A stretch of 64,000 nt of DNA from a virus (lineage: Duplodnaviria; Heunggongvirae; Uroviricota; Caudoviricetes): positions 157,489 to 221,488 of IMG/VR virus record IMGVR_UViG_3300028914_000001. One strand, given 5' to 3'. The notes beneath the pieces were generated by a model. It was not told the DNA's origin, did not search any database, and was given only the letters and a program-made list of their open reading frames with translations. Shown piece by piece: positions 11,301 through 21,151 of the stretch. How positions within the stretch are numbered: position 1 is the first letter of the stretch; every line of letters starts with the position of its first letter. The position numbers were made by a program, and so were the translations under genes.

Positions 11301-13276
11301 TTCGACTCAACATCCTCTGGATAATCATACGATTTTCCAGTCTGGTTAATGAACGAATAAATTTCATAATACAGCTTTGTACGGAGCCACAACTTGCCGA
11401 ATCGAGCAGCATAACCTTCACCCTCGATGTTACTGCTTGGGGTCATGTCAAAATACACATGCTCATCAATCACCGCATCACCCAGTGAACCGATTCCGTC
11501 AGCATATGTAATATCTCCATAGAATGCCGAATATGAGTCCGATTGTCCATCGGTTGCCTTTCTTGCATAAATTCCGTGACCCGAAGGTTGCTGTTGGGGA
11601 TATCCGATTCCCCCAAAGTGAGGCATATTATCCGAATACACATCGTCAATAGCCTTGCCTTCATCTACGGCAAGCCTGTTCCTGACCGAGTTGGAATTAT
11701 AATCCTTGGCATCGACCAAGTTTCTAAGGCCTGTGGATACCTTGTCATTAGACTTGATTTCTTCTGACTTGGGACAACAACCCTGCTTGGCATTCTTCTG
11801 GTTACGGAGATAGCCCATCTCAATCTGCATGTTGATAATAGCTTCGCCCATAGCGGCATTTGCGACAAGCTGGTTCTTATACCAGTCAAGGGCGTCGTCT
11901 TCATACAGGTTATAGAACACGGCGCTTTCACGGATTACAGAAGAATCCTCTGCCGCAACAGAGAGGTCGATGAAAATATCAGACTGGAATTCAGACAGAC
12001 CGTCACCCGTGTCGCTCAACGTGACCGGGGAATCCCATTCGCATACGGCGAACAGGACAGGTTCAGCCTCGGTATCAATCTGGTACTGGGCCGTCATGTC
12101 ACCACTGTCGTCAGAACAACCGTACTGCCTCATCGGAACGGCATATATACCGATACGGTTGAATTTAAACGAAACCTGCTTTGTATTGAACAGAGCCAAC
12201 TCATCTTCTGTCGCCAACGGATTCATTGCAGTGACATCTCCGTCACCATCTTTGAAATATACACCGTCCTCAGCGTTTCCGTTCAATTTCAAGTCAACTT
12301 TAAGCCTGATTCCAGTTGCATACTCGTTGTCTGCCGTCTTGGTCGTGCTCGTCACCGAGTAGTCGCTAAACGGGAAATACTTGGTGGCCTTAGACATGTT
12401 TCTGCATCCTGTATTCTCGTCATACAGGAGGCCTGATGCGTTTACCGGGGCGCAATACTTGTTGAAGTTAGAGATAGAAAGCACTTTCCAATACTGGAGG
12501 CACAACTTGTTGTAGTCCTCGTCCATATCGGTCTGCTCATTCTGTGTATATGTATACACGGAAGGGAACCATCCATCAAAGTCCTCTGAAAGCGGCAATC
12601 CGTTAGCGTAATTACGTTCATCTCCGTGGGGCACATTCTCCAGGCCCGCCTTGTAGCCTTCATAGTTACGAAAGTCTGTGGATACCCTTGGAACCGTAAT
12701 TGCACCAACTTTCTCTACTGGATAGAAATTTTCAACACCTTCACTTCCAGAGCCAAGGAATGTGCCCATACCAGTTGTATTCCATCCTTCACCTGCCGCT
12801 TTGTATCCAGTATAAAGCAAGGGAGCTGGCAACGGAATTTCAGAATTCGATGTTTCAAATTCGTTTTCGGTTTGAGACGCAGTAACTTCAATACCCTTAT
12901 AGACACAGGCACCCTTCAATCCATTCTTGTCTCCAACCCACGTAACGAGGTTATTCCTTCCGTTCCCGTCGAGGACATATCGATAGTTCTTCTTGATGTT
13001 GCTGTCATAGTTCACCGACTTGAACTTAGAGCTAGCCTTTGTCGTCTGGTAGCCATCTCCATTCATGTCGCCCTGGAAGATATTGTAGATAATATCTCCG
13101 TTTTCCGTCAGCTTCGTCATATTAGGGCCAAGCTTTTCTTTAGCTTCTTCCTGCAATTCATCAGGAACGAACGCCAGGGCATACCAGCCAATCCACCAGT
13201 GCTGCCCCGTAACCTTGGATGAAGAAGCCAATAGTTCAAGTCCCTTGTTAGTTATCTGTGTTTTTCTGCCTGCCAT
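8315..13276 (-). CDS. Tail fibre / receptor-binding protein (about 1653 aa) with FISUMP-like and beta-repeat regions
   Basis: Start revised to ATG 13276 (MAGRKTQITNKGLELLA, typical fibre-anchor start), just downstream of late box 13301. FKFNRIGIYA...LFAV anchor motif; internal GWRIPTMDDW...VLCVAD; N/G-rich beta repeats. Confidence 0.7.
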   Translation of the reverse strand: MAGRKTQITNKGLELLASSSKVTGQHWWIGWYALAFVPDELQEEAKEKLGPNMTKLTENGDIIYNIFQGDMNGDGYQTTKASSKFKSVNYDSNIKKNYRYVLDGNGRNNLVTWVGDKNGLKGACVYKGIEVTASQTENEFETSNSEIPLPAPLLYTGYKAAGEGWNTTGMGTFLGSGSEGVENFYPVEKVGAITVPRVSTDFRNYEGYKAGLENVPHGDERNYANGLPLSEDFDGWFPSVYTYTQNEQTDMDEDYNKLCLQYWKVLSISNFNKYCAPVNASGLLYDENTGCRNMSKATKYFPFSDYSVTSTTKTADNEYATGIRLKVDLKLNGNAEDGVYFKDGDGDVTAMNPLATEDELALFNTKQVSFKFNRIGIYAVPMRQYGCSDDSGDMTAQYQIDTEAEPVLFAVCEWDSPVTLSDTGDGLSEFQSDIFIDLSVAAEDSSVIRESAVFYNLYEDDALDWYKNQLVANAAMGEAIINMQIEMGYLRNQKNAKQGCCPKSEEIKSNDKVSTGLRNLVDAKDYNSNSVRNRLAVDEGKAIDDVYSDNMPHFGGIGYPQQQPSGHGIYARKATDGQSDSYSAFYGDITYADGIGSLGDAVIDEHVYFDMTPSSNIEGEGYAARFGKLWLRTKLYYEIYSFINQTGKSYDYPEDVESNDYVDAIGTVTDMCGDGRDARGYDMPYITITRTPTEISTTENGITRVGWYPPELDDRSDFVAEMDLTQNPFSNYEIGVEERKYHVYYVINSDDTRDYSQYQFLRIKKLKLPKVQMYNFIKRYNDDDNFAIPAIRQQLSSTGWRIPTMDDWNAIIANTTDESIDKVRSSSYWTDAEDNQITGGTGDVCPLGGVTRGRGGTSVYNATKAIYLAIDEGDDYTGVRHVVEFDGKKFTIIENPTFPEFESALNYVGVLCVADAVKISDGIPKYKLGYDSYALMEGSVSAGDHNLNAGKNSVMMASAHYNAILSGMDNKITDSHYNTVLNGISNELTGAVFSAVAGANNIIGARDAYPTCRALIVAERTLVYGSVTSAIFAEVSSIERAYQSSIIGRSLDVKEMYDSRVIGQSTALNRVVCYSDLIAFYSHHLPALYMSRVTFTNDHKDELPSMSEYDDRADVCYSDIIGYNTQFWRKSGEDAKASSVNYSRVSLTSAGIVNIHSAYSEISAIYDGYSSTLMPYLNSWYKDRTLDSVAINHSRIKLCGSAITSNYIYTGDVKKSEINFMDISLGYSLVQLTESAEGQVPHNLQYGVMKLSESSIALSDCSYVYESGTRHVLSRSNISYGTLVGRLITLAGGTTEKLHFNNLHIYGSLALAASINNQLILGGLDGTTIGPNENSASSYITEFGSFITGNSKNYPMIWSLGGIGMYMNKMVLGNRGVDGARAPSVNDVLTVVGTEDNVATVAWKPGGSGNSANLIIIQDDGVIVPYRGNNQYVTISSARVSASPQPCVRYSVLQDGEFTVYNNRSDVVAYDHPDGSQNPLGLRPNGSNKIIWNTWHKIVAEGIFDNDPEGTAPHVATFENPEKGLYIVTDNLLEGVVYEVTINIRANARVSNGESIMDVDGTHAGGMLAPGMDDRSFYIYFYNNNGGSVTANRWADSTHSSNHYIRPTFNRVPTENKQVAWGPTAGESIQAPVLATATAYFVKIDGKIYVMGY

Positions 13277-13300
13277 ATCGATAGTCTCTGAAATACAACA

Positions 13301-13348
13301 ATAGTTTATAATGTGGTACAAAACCAAAACCGTACGCTTATAAACTAT
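13301..13348. promoter_or_regulatory. Divergent pair of late boxes (13301-13310 minus, 13339-13348 plus)
   Basis: atagtttata and tataaactat separated by 28 nt. Confidence 0.8.
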
Positions 13349-13373
13349 ATTCAGAAAAAATTCAGGAATGATT

Positions 13374-14711
13374 ATGACTAATCGACTCAAACTATTCACC
13401 GAATCGGTTTCCCAAATGGACATAGGGCCAGCCGAGGTGAGCGCCCTCACCAAATTATTCAAGGTCTGCCTCGAAAGCGCCCTCATGCTTGATGACGAGG
13501 AGAATAAGGAGTACGATACAGACACGTCTGGATACGACTTTAGTGAAGACGACTATTATACCGGGAATAAAAATGAACGTCCAAGTATGTACGATTCCGA
13601 GTATGATGACGTTGATGAACCAGATACAAGATTGTCAGGTGAACTCCGTGACGAGCTCAAAACAGACCAGTCCATATGGCGTGACGATGACTTCGGATTA
13701 AACACACCACCAGAGCAAACAGAAAATATCGATTACGAATCAAATGTCGGAACCTCGTTGGCTAACGCTTATATCAAGTTTGCCCCCAAGTTGCTCGACA
13801 AAAAACTATGCACCGCAGAAGATGTAGACAATATGGGCAAGTTCATCGATTGGCTAATCAAAAAGTTCAAGTCCATCGACGCATCAAAGTACATGCAGCG
13901 GTTCGTCAACATGTATAGTCCAGATAACAAATCTAGGTCCAAAACGAAGAAAATCTTAGGCGATGGAGGTGAACTAGACAAGGCATTAGACTTCTTCAGC
14001 AAAGGCCAGCCAGTAATAACATTGCTGAAAGAAATCAAGAAGGATTTAGGCGATAAACTCTCGAAGGCATCTCTCTCTAGCGACTCAAACACATTCTCTG
14101 GTGCAAAGGACGACACCGACAATGCAATAGCAGGTCTTAATGAACGCCCTGACGACTCAAGCATATTCTCTGTTGCAAAGGACATCAACCGTTACGTTAC
14201 GCAAAAGTTCAACTCGGTTGATGGCGCACGAGATATCTACACAGACGATGAGTTCGCAGCGGATGACACGGGATTCGACAACAGCACAGAACTTGACGCT
14301 TACCTTCCACCAGCGGAAGATAATGTACCCATGGCAGCCGATACAAACACAATGAGCAATTACACCGAAACGAACGCCAAAAAGAACACCGAATCAGAGA
14401 CAGTCTCCGACACGAACGTCAAAGAGAACACCGAATCAGCGACCGACTCCGACAAGCGTTTTCCAGTCGACACTGACCCAAAAGATGTAGATGACGCAAT
14501 AACCAGCTTTGTTAACTTCGTCCCGACAGTAGACATCCCGGAGGCTGAGTTGAATACGTTCATCAATGAAGTTGACAACAAAAAGAGAAGCAAGGCTAAG
14601 TCCATCGCAGACAAACGTGCCAGTCTCACGCATGAACATCACGGAGATGTAGCAAACGCATCCACATTAAAGCGTGGTTCTCATATATTCGCTGGACTAA
14701 AACGTAGATAG
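13374..14711 (+). CDS. Acidic late protein with the conserved 27-aa leader; putative head-internal protein
   Basis: AGGA upstream of ATG 13374 (ATG 13368 is an alternative). Leader FTESV...FKVCLE; D/E-rich; 42-bp duplication around 14363-14452. Confidence 0.65.
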   Translation: MTNRLKLFTESVSQMDIGPAEVSALTKLFKVCLESALMLDDEENKEYDTDTSGYDFSEDDYYTGNKNERPSMYDSEYDDVDEPDTRLSGELRDELKTDQSIWRDDDFGLNTPPEQTENIDYESNVGTSLANAYIKFAPKLLDKKLCTAEDVDNMGKFIDWLIKKFKSIDASKYMQRFVNMYSPDNKSRSKTKKILGDGGELDKALDFFSKGQPVITLLKEIKKDLGDKLSKASLSSDSNTFSGAKDDTDNAIAGLNERPDDSSIFSVAKDINRYVTQKFNSVDGARDIYTDDEFAADDTGFDNSTELDAYLPPAEDNVPMAADTNTMSNYTETNAKKNTESETVSDTNVKENTESATDSDKRFPVDTDPKDVDDAITSFVNFVPTVDIPEAELNTFINEVDNKKRSKAKSIADKRASLTHEHHGDVANASTLKRGSHIFAGLKRR

Positions 14712-14725
14712 CTCCATATTTTAAC

Positions 14726-14758
14726 AAAAAATGCCGACTAAATGTCGGCATTTTTTTT
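14726..14758. terminator. Bidirectional intrinsic terminator
   Basis: aaaaaatgccgac-taaat-gtcggcattttttt between convergent genes. Confidence 0.85.
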
Positions 14759-15977
14759 ATTCAAACGATGCAGTCACCTTAGGCAGCGAGGGCTTTCCAT
14801 CCAAGTCGCTCGCATTGATGACAGGAATAGTATCATCCTTCGCTTGGCTCCTAATGTGGGCAATAAGTTTTTTCACCATTGACTTCTGGTAAGCCGAGTA
14901 GGAACCTATCTTCGACAGAGGATTCTCCGAGGCAACAAGAACTATTGATACCGCATTCTTATTTGCCGCCTCATCGTTGTATTCAAGGCCGCTGGCATAA
15001 TAGGCATCCTGGTCAAGCTGTACGAACTGCAAGAATCCAGAGTTGTTAAGTATTCCCGTCTTTGATTCGGACGCTATCTCCGGGTCCCCTTCTATCTGGC
15101 CAACAAGGTAGTGGGCACTCGATTGTGAGCCTTCCTTCATAAACTCGTCAGCCATCTCAGGGAACGTCTTTGTATCGCTGATTCCAATGATAATCTTATC
15201 AATTTTCTTGTCGAATCTCGATATGAAATTACGGCTCAACGATAGTTCAACCTCGTCAACCTTATTTCCATTAGCATCATTGATAGGCAGGAATGTTGCA
15301 CTCGGGTCCCCCTCGACTATTACTGACGGTTCGTTTGTCTTATTATCAGCCGTCGGGTTGTTGTACATCTCGATTGTCTTTTCAGACACATGCGGGATAG
15401 TCAGGTATTCACTTCCCTGATTCAGTACACCCTTTCCAACAGGCATTGCGGTAAAAATGTCTATGCTAGCCTCGGTCAATACCGCATGTTCAGCAACACC
15501 CTCATTGTTGTTAGCCCCCGTTCCTGCATTATGATATGCCTTATCGCTGGTCATCAGTATCTTGCTTTCGCCGTCCCATACGATATGGCCACCGTTAGGG
15601 CAATCTATTGTACTCATCTGTTTCGCCCTGTCGTAGTAACGCATGAATCCATCACCGCCAAGGTTGTAAACAGCGACATTAGGATACGAGTTTTTCGCCG
15701 TGTAGTTATAGTCAAAGAAACCATCCTTGGACGGAGAAACAGCAACATACCTGCCCTGTCTAATGTCCCCATCGATGAAGTACACTTTCAGATAATACCC
15801 CTTCTCCGGGACAGCATTCAGGCAAGTCATATCAGGCCGGACGAAATACTGAGCATCATCATCGATTTCGTCGGTTTCCCCAATAATTCTTGCCTGTACA
15901 CCACCCCTCAATTCAGGGTCAACCTTGTTCGTCACAACCAAGGCGTCATACAGGAAATGTTCTCTCATTTGTCCCAT
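14757..15977 (-). CDS. gp5-like baseplate hub/spike: N-terminal OB fold plus degenerate Amidase_2/PGRP domain
   Basis: ALVVTNKVDPELRGGVQARI (gp5/VgrG OB start). C-terminal IDKIII..SSAHYLV..QFV..AYYA..NKNAVSI..YSAYQ pattern. Lies downstream of baseplate genes. Confidence 0.7.
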   Translation of the reverse strand: MGQMREHFLYDALVVTNKVDPELRGGVQARIIGETDEIDDDAQYFVRPDMTCLNAVPEKGYYLKVYFIDGDIRQGRYVAVSPSKDGFFDYNYTAKNSYPNVAVYNLGGDGFMRYYDRAKQMSTIDCPNGGHIVWDGESKILMTSDKAYHNAGTGANNNEGVAEHAVLTEASIDIFTAMPVGKGVLNQGSEYLTIPHVSEKTIEMYNNPTADNKTNEPSVIVEGDPSATFLPINDANGNKVDEVELSLSRNFISRFDKKIDKIIIGISDTKTFPEMADEFMKEGSQSSAHYLVGQIEGDPEIASESKTGILNNSGFLQFVQLDQDAYYASGLEYNDEAANKNAVSIVLVASENPLSKIGSYSAYQKSMVKKLIAHIRSQAKDDTIPVINASDLDGKPSLPKVTASFE

Positions 15978-18900
15978 ATATTACCACACTGTGATGTTTC
16001 CGTATCGTCGATTTCGTAGTTCATGTTCACGCTAGTCTTACCCGTTGACGTGAAAGTTACGTTATTAACATATATTTTCCCGTGTGGAAGCTCCAAATAC
16101 TTGATGAAATCATCGAACACAACCTGAATCGGCTTGAAGCACTTGATATTCTTTATCAGGGTACTAAGCTTCTCGTCGCCAACTACACCGTTGTCGAAGT
16201 TTGCATCACTGCGGAACTTTACCTTGACGTGCGGAGTAGGAACCCACTTGCTTATCTTACCCTGTTCATAGTCGGCATTTTCACGGGCGCTAACCTGGTC
16301 TTCCTCAATGAGTTCATCATAAGGACGGTTAACATCAGTCCACATCGTGATAACCTCGGCAACAAGGCCGAAGGTTTCCATGAGCATTTCAAGACCCGGC
16401 TTAGTTCCTCCCAAAGTGTAATACTGCGGGAGGTTAGACACAGTTTCTCTCAAAGCCTTCTCACGAGCTTCCCTCGTTGCGTACATACGGTTTGAATCCA
16501 CGTCATTTTTCGCATCGGTGATGTCATATCCCATGAAACGAGCAAGGTACCCAATCAGCTCGTAGTCGATTACATTAGCATCCCTCAGATAAATCAAGCG
16601 TTCAAGTTTTTCGACCAGAGGATACTTCATGTCAGGTATTCCCTTGAATTTTTCATCCATGTCATATCTAGGTGCGACTGACGCATAGTCATGCTTAGAG
16701 TTGAACTGCGGCATAGGCTGTTCAGTCGTATCGAGATTTTCCACATACGGGCTGGCAAAGTTGTAGCTCCTGATATGGAACGGCATTACGTACGAGGATA
16801 TTCCGTTGTCGATATCCTCGGCAATCATGCGTTCGACTTCCGGGTATGTATACGGATGATACACATACTCATCAATCATTTCATCGGTGCTTGCATTGTC
16901 CCACTCGTTGTTGTGATACCTATCGACATCGAGCTTCTTGATTTTCATTATACGCTTTTCCTGACATGGTGTCCACAGACCCTTCTTTACAATATACCTC
17001 TTCGGCATGTCGTCATGAAGATTGTCGTACGCAAATACTATGTCACCTTCCTGGAACTCGTATTCACCATTGATGCAATTCAGATACTGCTTATACTGTC
17101 CCAAGGTATCGACATCGTCAAGATGCCCTTGATACGGGATATACACGCCCTTGAATACATATCCACCAAGCATGTCAATTTCATCGAGGGCCGTATCAGC
17201 GAACTTGTAATGGAACGCCTTGTCATTGATAACCGTCGATACGATTGCATTGTAGTATTTATCGTTCACATACAGAACAATCCTCGTTCCAACCTTGAAT
17301 CCATGAGGTATCTCGGTTTCCACATAACTCGCCTTGTGCTTTGTATCGATGCTATCCACGATAGGAATGCCATACTTGAATATCTCGTATGTTGACTTAC
17401 GATTAACCATAACTTCGCTGACGAGGTACTTGAACCATTTACCTTCATTGCATGTCATCTTGCAGTTGTTCACAGGGCGACCTGCCGATTCCTTGATACT
17501 CTTCGGCACAACCTTGTATGTAAACATGCGGGCAGTTGACACAGTATCGACCACAAAGCGTCCTCCAAATTCCAGAGGATATACCCCACTGATATACACG
17601 CAGCTCTTCTTTGGAACCAAGTCCATCCTGTCATGCACGACGACGGTCACGGTTTCGTTACCGTCAAACGTGATTGATTCAATCAGGTTATCATCTCCCT
17701 TTGCACTGGACGGGTTGGTCGAAGTGATGTCCATGATGTTCTGGTGGCTATACAGATAAAACGGAGTCTCGATTGTATCTCCCGAGAGCTCAGTCCAATC
17801 CATTATGCCTACCTTGTAGAATGTATCACCCACCTTCAAGACATCGCCGTCTTCAGGAGAAACCATAGAATACGAGTTCTCCAACTTGTTAGATGAACCC
17901 GATGCCCCGGTATCATAATGAAGCCATGTACTTCCTGCAAGAGGCACATGAACAGAATCAATCTTAATTCCATACACATAGTCGTCCACGACGACATCAA
18001 CCTTATGCTTGTTTCCAAGTACGGCGCCTATCCATCCGTTAGTATCATCCGTTGTAGTAGGAGCGTTCAGAATAGTAACCTTCGTATAGGGTGAATATCC
18101 GTGCTTATATGCTGTACGCACATACAGATACCCCGCCTTGTATTTCTCATCGGCCTGGTCTTCGGTATAGTAATCTATTTCAGTTATCGGATTGTATATA
18201 TCACGATATCCAGTAACAGTCACCTTTCCCGACGCCTCGATACTCTCTTCGTCATAATCAGAATGCCTTATGTATGTGAAGGTATCCTGGTCGATAACGG
18301 TAATCGTGTCAAACTCGTTTACAGGAGTGTTGAAATCAAACATTTCATACGGGCTTGCTGCTCCACTAACCCGAATCTTACTCTTGTCTGGAAGGTTATG
18401 CTTCAACGCAGTCACAGTCACCATATACGAGCCATCCTTGTTTTCGTCGGCAATCAAGCTGACTGGATATACATTCAGCGTATTAGCAAGACCTTTCAAC
18501 GCAATGCCTTCGCCAGGAATTGTACTTGCGACTGAATAGTTTTCCATATTTTTCAGGACTATGTCATTCTCTTCATACGTCGTGTAGAACTCACAGAAAC
18601 CCGTCCTAGCTTTACCCGACGTATTGTATGTCGCCATGTTCAACAGGAAGTCTCTATCCTTCCATCCAAAGATAAGTCGGTTATCGTCCGCCTTTTCAAT
18701 GAACAACCTGTTCAACACATCACTCAACTTTTTATATTGACCGACATCAACCGTATCGCCATAGTCAAGCTGGGAGGTACGGAAAACCCCCGCCATGTAA
18801 TCATTGTATATCGGTTTACGAGCAATGTCAGCAACGGTATACATGTACGGAACAATAAAATCTTTCTCAATCTCACTCTCGGTTTCGTTACCAGAGATAG

Positions 18901-21142
18901 GCTTCACCACCCGATATACGGACTTCGTATACGGCCAGTAAATCATGTCACCTACCTTGTATGCGGTTTCTTCTTCATACTTATGGACACGCATCACAAC
19001 ATTAGATTCGTCGGTATACGCACACTTCAATAGATAGGAACCGTCCGCCGGAAGCCAGTAATCCCCTGTGTAGATATCGTCATAGCGATACCTGCATTGT
19101 GCCGTATTGCTTTCAGTATCGACTTCGCCAAGTACAGCTCTCGACTTATCATCGAGCCTTGTCAGGAAAGTGAACTCAAATACACCATTCGACAGTACCG
19201 GGATAGCCTTGTCGAAATACACATGATACTTCGCACCAGCCGGGTCCATCAAAGTACACTGCTTAATCGTGTACAATTCAGGCTCTGCCGTCCGTACAAT
19301 CCCATCGTCACCAAGTTCAATCTTACTCAGTAGGCAGAAGTCTCCCGTCTCAGGAACTACTCTACTGTACATTGTCACGTCGCTGTCATCCGTAGTGTCA
19401 GCATCATATATGCCCATGGCAGCATCCATAACATACACATCAACTACCAGCGATTTCGCCTCGCTGACAGAGACCCGATTTCCATGTCCTATCGACGGGA
19501 ACTTCAACTGCGAATTGTCTTTCAGCTTTCTGAAATACGAGCGGCCTTCCGACACAGAATAACTTGCAGTGGGAACATCGAACACATCATCAAAGGCATC
19601 CTTCCATGCATCCGATTCAGTGCCGTTGTAGCGATATTCGAAATAATAGTTGCCTCCTGACTCGATTGCAATACTATCCGGGATATCCACAAAGTTCTTT
19701 GGCTTTACGTTAATATAGTAATCGCTATCATTCGGGTCTTCCGCATAGCTGTACATATTCTCGAAACGAAGTTCCCCAATTTTCTTATTACTCCTAGTAG
19801 TGAATGGATAAACAGTATCGCCTTCGGCGACCTTATCCACATTTATCGAAGCGCTCGGGTCCCATTCTATTATCGAGGTCGTCTTTGAATAGTCGTATCC
19901 AAGATGAGAATATGATAGAGCATACTTGTATAGACGATTCGGCGATGTCATGACCCTCACTCGGGACATCCCGCTGTTAAGGTCTATCGGAGTCCTAAAC
20001 CTTATTCTCATTACGTTTCCGCACGGCTCAGTTTCAAGCTTATAAGCCCCAGATAGAGTAATATCGTTTACACCACTGGTGCCGATAACCTCATTGCTCT
20101 CAATCATGAACGTGTCGCCTACATTGAGGTTCACTACATTGGACAACGTCAAATAACCGAACCTAGACTGCGACGGGTTCAAGTCATCAGGGATGAACTC
20201 TACCTTTTCTATTCTGTATTCCTGATAAATGTACGAATCCTTTCCGTTGACAAACTCGTACAGCTCCTTGAAATAGAATATTCCTGTCGGAGTATCACCG
20301 TTCCATTCGAAAATACCACGGTTACTAACACTATCAATGAAAATCGTGTTTGAAGAACCTGTATTTCCGAGGTAGTTGTACAAGTCAACATCTATGGTGT
20401 CAGTACCGATTTCCTCTCTATATTTAGACGAGGCATTTTCGACATCGTTAATCGTGACATCAAACTTGATACTGTACACATTGGCATTGTTAACCTGGCC
20501 GACAAAGGATACCACTACCTCGCTCACATCTTTTGGAATAAACTTAATCAGTCTGGGCGCACCGTTAATCATCTTGTTCAGCGTATTCTTGAACGGGTCC
20601 TGAGATGTCCTCATCGGGTCAAGAATAAGCATGTTATCCGCCTTATTGACATAATACGGATAAACACTATTATCCTTGAACTGGATATAGACGACATCGC
20701 CATCCTTTGACGGGTCACCATCAGGATTACCCCGCATCATATTCCTGAGTACATCCAGCGAAATCGTTTCACTGAACTCTCCTTCATAGTAGATATTATT
20801 CTTAGTATAATCCAATGCACCTATCGTATTGTATGTTGCGTTGGTTCTCGGGAGAGACAGATAGTACACATAAAGGTTGTTGCTATCGCATGCCGACAGT
20901 TTCTTCGCAAACTCGTCGATGCGCTTCTTCATTTCCTTAGCCGTACTCTCGGTCGCAAAATAGTTGAACGTAAACCTTGTAGAATCTTCAAGGTTCCTGT
21001 AAGCGTTATTCAGGTAATCACTGAACAACTGCATAAGCGTAACAACGTCCTCTTCTTCCTTCAAGAAGTCAGGGACATAGTTCATGAAATCTACGAAGCG
21101 GAACAAACCGCCATCATTCACTGCAATAGGATTCTTTGCCAT
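15965..21142 (-). CDS. Large baseplate wedge protein (gp7-like) with repeated beta-barrel modules
   Basis: N-terminal FMNYVPDFL..LFSDYL; C-terminal LIGYLARFMGYD..LPQYY..GTKPGLEML (tail protein I-like); repeated T-x-x-x-H-G/N...V..V.D..TFTY units; follows gp6. Confidence 0.65.
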   Translation of the reverse strand: MAKNPIAVNDGGLFRFVDFMNYVPDFLKEEEDVVTLMQLFSDYLNNAYRNLEDSTRFTFNYFATESTAKEMKKRIDEFAKKLSACDSNNLYVYYLSLPRTNATYNTIGALDYTKNNIYYEGEFSETISLDVLRNMMRGNPDGDPSKDGDVVYIQFKDNSVYPYYVNKADNMLILDPMRTSQDPFKNTLNKMINGAPRLIKFIPKDVSEVVVSFVGQVNNANVYSIKFDVTINDVENASSKYREEIGTDTIDVDLYNYLGNTGSSNTIFIDSVSNRGIFEWNGDTPTGIFYFKELYEFVNGKDSYIYQEYRIEKVEFIPDDLNPSQSRFGYLTLSNVVNLNVGDTFMIESNEVIGTSGVNDITLSGAYKLETEPCGNVMRIRFRTPIDLNSGMSRVRVMTSPNRLYKYALSYSHLGYDYSKTTSIIEWDPSASINVDKVAEGDTVYPFTTRSNKKIGELRFENMYSYAEDPNDSDYYINVKPKNFVDIPDSIAIESGGNYYFEYRYNGTESDAWKDAFDDVFDVPTASYSVSEGRSYFRKLKDNSQLKFPSIGHGNRVSVSEAKSLVVDVYVMDAAMGIYDADTTDDSDVTMYSRVVPETGDFCLLSKIELGDDGIVRTAEPELYTIKQCTLMDPAGAKYHVYFDKAIPVLSNGVFEFTFLTRLDDKSRAVLGEVDTESNTAQCRYRYDDIYTGDYWLPADGSYLLKCAYTDESNVVMRVHKYEEETAYKVGDMIYWPYTKSVYRVVKPISGNETESEIEKDFIVPYMYTVADIARKPIYNDYMAGVFRTSQLDYGDTVDVGQYKKLSDVLNRLFIEKADDNRLIFGWKDRDFLLNMATYNTSGKARTGFCEFYTTYEENDIVLKNMENYSVASTIPGEGIALKGLANTLNVYPVSLIADENKDGSYMVTVTALKHNLPDKSKIRVSGAASPYEMFDFNTPVNEFDTITVIDQDTFTYIRHSDYDEESIEASGKVTVTGYRDIYNPITEIDYYTEDQADEKYKAGYLYVRTAYKHGYSPYTKVTILNAPTTTDDTNGWIGAVLGNKHKVDVVVDDYVYGIKIDSVHVPLAGSTWLHYDTGASGSSNKLENSYSMVSPEDGDVLKVGDTFYKVGIMDWTELSGDTIETPFYLYSHQNIMDITSTNPSSAKGDDNLIESITFDGNETVTVVVHDRMDLVPKKSCVYISGVYPLEFGGRFVVDTVSTARMFTYKVVPKSIKESAGRPVNNCKMTCNEGKWFKYLVSEVMVNRKSTYEIFKYGIPIVDSIDTKHKASYVETEIPHGFKVGTRIVLYVNDKYYNAIVSTVINDKAFHYKFADTALDEIDMLGGYVFKGVYIPYQGHLDDVDTLGQYKQYLNCINGEYEFQEGDIVFAYDNLHDDMPKRYIVKKGLWTPCQEKRIMKIKKLDVDRYHNNEWDNASTDEMIDEYVYHPYTYPEVERMIAEDIDNGISSYVMPFHIRSYNFASPYVENLDTTEQPMPQFNSKHDYASVAPRYDMDEKFKGIPDMKYPLVEKLERLIYLRDANVIDYELIGYLARFMGYDITDAKNDVDSNRMYATREAREKALRETVSNLPQYYTLGGTKPGLEMLMETFGLVAEVITMWTDVNRPYDELIEEDQVSARENADYEQGKISKWVPTPHVKVKFRSDANFDNGVVGDEKLSTLIKNIKCFKPIQVVFDDFIKYLELPHGKIYVNNVTFTSTGKTSVNMNYEIDDTETSQCGNIWDK

Positions 21143-21151
21143 TTTCGCCCC

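Noticed and set aside
13277-13525. ORF-track N-terminal extension of the tail fibre
   Set aside because: Overlaps the divergent gene and both late boxes; the true start is likely 13276.
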